Positions 14,577 through 19,426 of a stretch of DNA of 19,426 nucleotides are shown one piece after another; the stretch's first letter is position 1, and the number at the start of each line of letters is the position of its first letter. The notes under the pieces were generated by a model. It searched no databases and had not been told where the DNA came from. It saw nothing but the letters and a program-made list of their open reading frames with translations. Origin of the DNA: Candidatus Thorarchaeota archaeon (lineage in GTDB: Archaea > Asgardarchaeota > Thorarchaeia > Thorarchaeales > Thorarchaeaceae); contig PRDI01000121.1 of the NCBI GenBank assembly GCA_003345595.1, positions 1 through 19,426 on the forward strand, read 5' to 3'. The position numbers were made by a program, and so were the translations under genes.

Positions 14577-16364
14577 ATGAAAGGGATGCACAACAAGCTG
14601 CTGTCAGCTGACCTGTCTGTCCAATCATCAGCGGAGTCAACAATAGATGCCGAAAAGCTCACGGGCTACTTAGGTGGTCGTGGGTTGGGTGTCAAGCTCT
14701 TCACGTCACTCGTCAATCCCCGGACAGACCCACTTTCTCCAGACAACTGCCTTGTTTTCGCAACAGGTCCTCTGACCGGATCAATCGTTCCAACGAGTGG
14801 CCGCTTCTCACTTGTTACAAAGTCCCCACTGACTGGCCTAATCCTCTACTCCAACACGGGCGGCTCCGTCGGACCTGCTCTGAAGAGCACAGGTTACGAT
14901 TGTCTGGTAGTGAGGGGGCGTCTTGATGAACCTTGCTACATGCTGGTTTCAGAGGGTGAAGAACCCCAGATCATCCCTTGCCGTGACCTATGGGGCTTGG
15001 ATACTCTGGAAACTCAGAACAGACTTGAATCTCTAGGCCTTGGCAGGTTCCACTCTCTCATGATTGGGCCAGCCGGGGAGAATGGAGTCCTCTATGCGTC
15101 TATCATGAATGATGGCAACCATCGCGCTTTTGGCCGAGGTGGGTCAGGAGCAGTGATGGGCGCGAAGAATCTCAAAGCAATTGTCATAAAGGTCGGAAAG
15201 GCGAAGCCGGATATTGACAACCCGGAACTGCTCACCACGTATGTGAAATCCGCCAGAGACAAGATGAAGGTCGCCCCGATCACAAACTCATCCCTTCCCA
15301 TGTTTGGAACCGCCGGTCTCCTAAACGTCATCAACGAACTAGGAATGCTCGGAATCAAGAACTTCCAAGTTGGCTATTCGCACGAAGCTGAGAATCTCAG
15401 CGGAGAAGCAATCCGCGAGCAGATATTCGAGAAAGACGAGGGATGTTATGCCTGTCCCATTCGTTGCGGCCGAATGACAAAGACCCAATCAATGAATGGG
15501 AAGGGTCCTGAGTTCGAATCCCTACTGCTTGGGACACTGACCAGCATATTCGATCTGGTGACTGTCACTGAAGCAAACTATCACTGCAACCTTCTAGGCT
15601 TGGACACTGTTTCAACCGCAGGAACTATCAGCTGCGCAATGGAGCTCCGTGAGAAGGGAGCCCTGAACGACGATAGGATTCAGTTTGGAAACAAAGACAT
15701 CCTGATTCCTTTGATAGAAGACATTGCTTACAGACGGGGCATCGGAGAAGAGCTGGCGTCCGGGTCTGCCCAACTGGCCGCAAAACACGGTATGCCTGAT
15801 GCGGCGGTGCATGTCAAGGGAATGGAGCTCCCTGCATATGATCCTCGCGGCGCGATTGGCCATGCACTTGGCTATGCCACCTCGAATAGGGGCGGGTGCC
15901 ACCTGACAGGCTACTTGGTCTCGATGGAGGTCTTTGCCGCACCCAAGAAGATTCCGCGTGCCAGCACAGGTAGCAAGGCTGACCTGCTAGTGCTGAAGCA
16001 ACATCAGAGCGCAATCGAGGACAGTCTCATTGTCTGCAAGTTCGCAGGCTATGCTCTAGGGTTCGATTTCTACTCAAGGTTTGCCACTGCTGTGACTGGT
16101 GAGGACCTCAATATCACTCGCCTGATGAAGATTGGCGAGCGAATCTACAACCTTGAGAGGCTCTTCAACGTCAAGGCCGGACTATCAAGGAAGGACGACA
16201 CCCTGCCAAAGCGGTTCCTGACAGAACCTCTGAGCGAGGGGCTGTCAAAGGGGAGAACCGTGCCACTGGATTCAATGCTTGAAGACTACTACAGGCTCAG
16301 GGACTGGGACAAAACAGGTGCGCCATCTAGAGCAAAGTTGGAGGAGCTTCACATAAAGCCGTAG
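14577..16364 (+). CDS. aor: Tungsten-dependent aldehyde:ferredoxin oxidoreductase family protein
   Basis: YLGGRGLG, DPLSPDN, KSPLTG, GRGGSGAVMGAKNLKA, CYACPIRC, GPEFES, GLDTVS, PAYDPRG, NRGGCH, DDTLPKRF, YYRLRDWD. ATG 14577 (MKGMHNKLL) fits the family N-terminus; alternative start 14544. Confidence 0.95.
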   Translation: MKGMHNKLLSADLSVQSSAESTIDAEKLTGYLGGRGLGVKLFTSLVNPRTDPLSPDNCLVFATGPLTGSIVPTSGRFSLVTKSPLTGLILYSNTGGSVGPALKSTGYDCLVVRGRLDEPCYMLVSEGEEPQIIPCRDLWGLDTLETQNRLESLGLGRFHSLMIGPAGENGVLYASIMNDGNHRAFGRGGSGAVMGAKNLKAIVIKVGKAKPDIDNPELLTTYVKSARDKMKVAPITNSSLPMFGTAGLLNVINELGMLGIKNFQVGYSHEAENLSGEAIREQIFEKDEGCYACPIRCGRMTKTQSMNGKGPEFESLLLGTLTSIFDLVTVTEANYHCNLLGLDTVSTAGTISCAMELREKGALNDDRIQFGNKDILIPLIEDIAYRRGIGEELASGSAQLAAKHGMPDAAVHVKGMELPAYDPRGAIGHALGYATSNRGGCHLTGYLVSMEVFAAPKKIPRASTGSKADLLVLKQHQSAIEDSLIVCKFAGYALGFDFYSRFATAVTGEDLNITRLMKIGERIYNLERLFNVKAGLSRKDDTLPKRFLTEPLSEGLSKGRTVPLDSMLEDYYRLRDWDKTGAPSRAKLEELHIKP

Positions 16365-16376
16365 GAGTGAGATGAA

Positions 16377-16991
16377 ATGACAATCGACGAAGAAACCTTT
16401 CGCATCTTTCAGAGGGTCGGAAAGGAGGTGCTAATGCGAAATCTGGGGTCCAGCCATTCTGGCAATATCTCAATCCGCTCTGGAGGGAAAATCATCATCA
16501 AGAAGCGTGCAGCCATGCTGGGCTGGCTTGAACCCGAAGACCTAATCGAATGCACCTTGGACAAAGAGGACTCATCGTCATTGCTCGCCAGCACAGAGCT
16601 CGGCGTGCATCGTGCCATCTACCAACAGACGGACGCAATGGCTGTTGTCCACACACATTCTCCCTACAGCGTGGTCCTATCGCTCATTGAAGACGAGATC
16701 ACGTGCATTGATGCAGAAGGCATGTTCATGTACAAGAAGATACCAGTCGTGGAACTCAATGTGCCTTCAGGTTCTTCTGAGGCAGCTGAAAAGGTGCCTC
16801 CTATCCTGAAGAACTACCCTGCATGTGTGATCAGGAGTCACGGGGTATTTGCCAAGGGAATAACACTGGAAGACGCTCTCCAGAACGCAACCGGAGTTGA
16901 ATTCTCGGCGCAGATAAGATACCTCACGATGTTGACAGGCAAGCCTTTGAAGAGGGACTACAGCAAGGAGAAGGACTTCGGAAACTGGTGA
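16377..16991 (+). CDS. Class II aldolase/adducin family protein (FucA/MtnB-like)
   Basis: SGNIS, STELGVHRAIY, VVHTHSPY (HxH metal ligands), SHGVFA; 12 nt after aor with a GGAGTGA RBS. Confidence 0.92.
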   Translation: MTIDEETFRIFQRVGKEVLMRNLGSSHSGNISIRSGGKIIIKKRAAMLGWLEPEDLIECTLDKEDSSSLLASTELGVHRAIYQQTDAMAVVHTHSPYSVVLSLIEDEITCIDAEGMFMYKKIPVVELNVPSGSSEAAEKVPPILKNYPACVIRSHGVFAKGITLEDALQNATGVEFSAQIRYLTMLTGKPLKRDYSKEKDFGNW

Positions 16992-17130
16992 TTGACGGGT
17001 GTGGTATGAGATGAGATACCGGAAAAAGGCACATGCACAATCCGTCGTCGAAGAGGGTGAACCCGGAGTCGTTTGGGGGACGGAAGTCCTCGTGTCCGGT
17101 CTTGTGTGATAGATGAACTGTCTAGAACAT

Positions 17131-18264
17131 TCAGCGTATGCCAGACTCGTGGTATCTGGACCGACTCCTGTATATGAGGGCCGTCCCCCATATTATCACG
17201 ATGACTGATCCAATCGTTATGTACGCCGCGGGATCTGTCAACAAATCGGTCCATGTCCATGCCCGCGATACTGAAACCAGAACGATGTCGCTACAGTTGT
17301 TCCCTGCTGTGTCCCAAACACGAAGCATGAAGACATACACAGCTGGTGCGAAACCATCGACTGAGATATCGATTGACAATCCATCCCAGGCTCCGTGCTT
17401 GACCTGTGACTCGTTCCGTAGGATTTCGTAGTGGGAAGGGTTGAGGTCTGATGGGGCCCAAACCACCGTGTGGCCCGTCGTACCTTGAACATAGGCGATG
17501 TCTGGTGGATGATCCGTGGTCGGGGGCGTAGTATCCGGTACTGGACTGAATTGAATGTCTAAGACCGTAGGGCTCTCGTAGGCATAGTCTTCCGTGTTGG
17601 AAAACACCAGTCCGACATACGAAAGTCTGACGTCCGGATTGAGTGAGCCGTTCCAGAGGGTAAATACGTTGTCGCCGAGTTGGCCCTTTATTTCACCCGT
17701 GCTCGAATCGTACCATTCACTCAGGGTGCCTGTCCAAGACCCATAGTTATACATCGACGTAAGACGGTCAACAGCAGTGGCCTCCATCCACCAAAGATCA
17801 GAGTACAAAACATCGTTAACTCCAAGGACGAATACTGGAGCCTTGGTTTCGTCGAAGAGGCCTGCCCACACGCAGCCCGTCCTGTTCGTGGTTCCAGGAT
17901 GTTTGAAAGCAATAGTTACGTTGAGGAAGTCCCTTAGACTGAGCGAAAAGGGCAGTTCGTAGAAGTACTCGGTTCCGTGTGAAGGCGAAGGATCATCTGG
18001 TATGCTCGAGGTGTAGAGTCCATCTCCGTCTGATAGCAGACTGATTCCGCTCTGAACCTCCCACAAAAAACCGGGCGGGGGATCTGGATCAACGACCCAG
18101 CCAGTTGTGTTAGAACAGTCATGATGCCATGAGGGTGGATCTTGAGAGAAATAGTCTGCAGTGCTGGCAGTTGCAGTAGTCCCAGCAAGGTAGGCCAGTG
18201 GGTGGCCGCAGAAGGAGGCCGCAAGAACCAAGGACGCCACAATGCTGAAACCCATGCCCTTCAT
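17131..18264 (-). CDS. Secreted, C-terminally anchored protein with one Ig-like module
   Basis: Signal peptide; 'DTTPPTTDHPPDIAYVQGTTGHTVVWAPSDLNPSHYEILRN...DGFAPAVYVFMLRVWDTAGN...D.VLVSV' Ig-like module; C-terminal TM + YRSRSR. Confidence 0.8.
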   Translation of the reverse strand: MKGMGFSIVASLVLAASFCGHPLAYLAGTTATASTADYFSQDPPSWHHDCSNTTGWVVDPDPPPGFLWEVQSGISLLSDGDGLYTSSIPDDPSPSHGTEYFYELPFSLSLRDFLNVTIAFKHPGTTNRTGCVWAGLFDETKAPVFVLGVNDVLYSDLWWMEATAVDRLTSMYNYGSWTGTLSEWYDSSTGEIKGQLGDNVFTLWNGSLNPDVRLSYVGLVFSNTEDYAYESPTVLDIQFSPVPDTTPPTTDHPPDIAYVQGTTGHTVVWAPSDLNPSHYEILRNESQVKHGAWDGLSIDISVDGFAPAVYVFMLRVWDTAGNNCSDIVLVSVSRAWTWTDLLTDPAAYITIGSVIVIIWGTALIYRSRSRYHESGIR

Positions 18265-18302
18265 GACGACTCACTAACCTCATTTCAGAAAAAAGCTTTA
18301 TG

Positions 18303-18324
18303 GATGTCTGGACATCGTAGACAT
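18303..18324. promoter_or_regulatory. Overlapping palindromes in divergent intergenic region
   Basis: gatgtc-tg-gacatc (18303-18316) and atgtct-N9-agacat (18304-18324), next to AT-rich aaaaaagctttat. Confidence 0.4.
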
Positions 18325-18504
18325 GTGCTGTGCAAGCATGATTGCATCCGAATGAACAAGTATCTGTCTGAATCGACTCATGTGGACTCTCGAAGCTCGT
18401 TGGAGTGCCAATCGCCGCGAATTCAGATTCCTCACTGAGTTGAGCTGCGCCAGCAGTCATGTTAATCTGCCGAGTTGTTGTGTTAGAGTCTGGTGCCATT
18501 TGGA

Positions 18505-19425
18505 ATGAATCGGACTGACGACCAAGTGTTTCGACACCTGCGGCAGCGTGGTTATCGCGTACGCATGGTGTCGGCTGAGCACATCTCGTCGCTAAAAGAG
18601 GAGATTGAGGAACGTTATCGGCAGGGTGAGCTTGACGGGGAGTTCTACAACCAACGTCTTGCTTGGTTCGACTTCAAGTTGCCTGAGCACCTATCAGATG
18701 CTCGATCGCTGATTGTAGTCGCAGTTCCTCGGCCACAGACCCAAGCCACTTTCACTTGGAAGGGACGGAAGCGATCACTTATCCTTCCGCCAACATACAC
18801 GGCCTATGACGAAATCATGCAGCAGACCGCGGATCTCTTGGGCGCCATTCTCGAGAAGAAAGGATACAGAGTTGTGAAGACGGGTCTGCCGCTCAAGCTC
18901 TTGGCGGCGCGAAGCGGTCTGACTCAGTACGGTCGAAACAATGTCTGCTATGTGCCCGGAATGGGAAGCTTTCTCCAACTTGTTGCCGTCTACTCTGACA
19001 TGCCCTGTTCCGAGGATAAGTGGCAAGAGCCCGCGATGATGAAGGCCTGCGAATCGTGTGAACTCTGCCGCAAGGCGTGTCCCACAGGTGCCATACCGTC
19101 TGATCGGTTCCTCTTACGAGCAGAGCGTTGTATCGTCTTTCATAATGAGCGGCCGGGTGACATTCCGTTTCCGGCCTGGATGAAATCCTCGTGGCACAAT
19201 TGCATTGAAGGCTGCCTTCGCTGCCAGAGAGTCTGTCCAATCGATAAGGCGTTCCTGAAATGGATTGAGGACCGAGAGGAGTTCTCGGAGCAGGAAACCG
19301 CTATGCTTCTTGAAGGCACATCACGCGAGAAACTGCCGCCTGAAACAGTGAAGAAACTACAGCATCTCTCAATACTTGACGACTTCGACAGGCTGCCGCG
19401 CAACTTGAGCGTGTTCTTCCCGTAG
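18505..19425 (+). CDS. Epoxyqueuosine reductase (QueG)-like 2x[4Fe-4S] protein
   Basis: 'LKLLAARSGLTQYGRNN...GMGS' (QueG-like segment), CESCELCRKACPTGAI, ERCI, CIEGCLRCQRVCP; start ATG 18505 or GTG 18493. Confidence 0.85.
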   Translation: MNRTDDQVFRHLRQRGYRVRMVSAEHISSLKEEIEERYRQGELDGEFYNQRLAWFDFKLPEHLSDARSLIVVAVPRPQTQATFTWKGRKRSLILPPTYTAYDEIMQQTADLLGAILEKKGYRVVKTGLPLKLLAARSGLTQYGRNNVCYVPGMGSFLQLVAVYSDMPCSEDKWQEPAMMKACESCELCRKACPTGAIPSDRFLLRAERCIVFHNERPGDIPFPAWMKSSWHNCIEGCLRCQRVCPIDKAFLKWIEDREEFSEQETAMLLEGTSREKLPPETVKKLQHLSILDDFDRLPRNLSVFFP

Positions 19426-19426
19426 T

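Noticed and set aside
17011-17109. 32-aa plus ORF (MRYRKKAHAQ...) after the aldolase
   Set aside because: Weak RBS, no motif; the region is better explained as structured intergenic sequence.
1-19426. Selenocysteine recoding (in-frame TGA + SECIS) in redox genes
   Set aside because: AOR, radical SAM, QueG-like and DUF2769 ORFs look full length with intact Cys motifs; no interrupted gene was seen.
1-19426. CRISPR arrays, tRNA/rRNA, IS elements, integrases, defence systems
   Set aside because: No regularly spaced repeats, cloverleafs, transposase or nuclease motifs were recognised by eye.

Overview
Gene-dense archaeal chromosomal window with TATA-box promoters and GGAGG/GGTGA ribosome-binding sites. 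The gene families and a characteristic Ig-like module suggest an Asgard archaeon, most likely Thorarchaeota (inference). In order it contains: a 5'-truncated ECF S-component-like gene; a 4-gene operon (two paralogous membrane proteins, an ArsR-like wHTH regulator, a DUF4097-like beta-repeat protein) with a duplicated GTTTGG-N6-YCAAAC operator; a surface GATase1/BPL_N-like protein; a hypothetical membrane protein; an ABC-2 exporter pair; trpB2 (minus strand) divergent from PadR + HAAS-domain membrane protein; a radical SAM protein; a surface Ntn-hydrolase; a DUF2769-like Cys-rich protein; aldehyde:ferredoxin oxidoreductase + class II aldolase; a surface Ig-like protein; and a QueG-like Fe-S protein. 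The most interesting region is the trpB2 control region (about 9107-9410). It has helically phased TGTACA-N4-TGTACA boxes (TrpY TRP-box consensus) next to a TATA box, an unannotated 20-aa Trp-containing leader peptide with a perfect RBS, alternative RNA helices that can occlude the trpB2 RBS, and a -1-frame 62-codon ORF that starts on the Trp codon and abuts trpB2 (TAGATG). TrpB2 itself has only one Trp. Together these suggest a two-tier, leader-peptide-based Trp-sensing system in an archaeon. No rRNA, tRNA, CRISPR array or mobile element was recognised.
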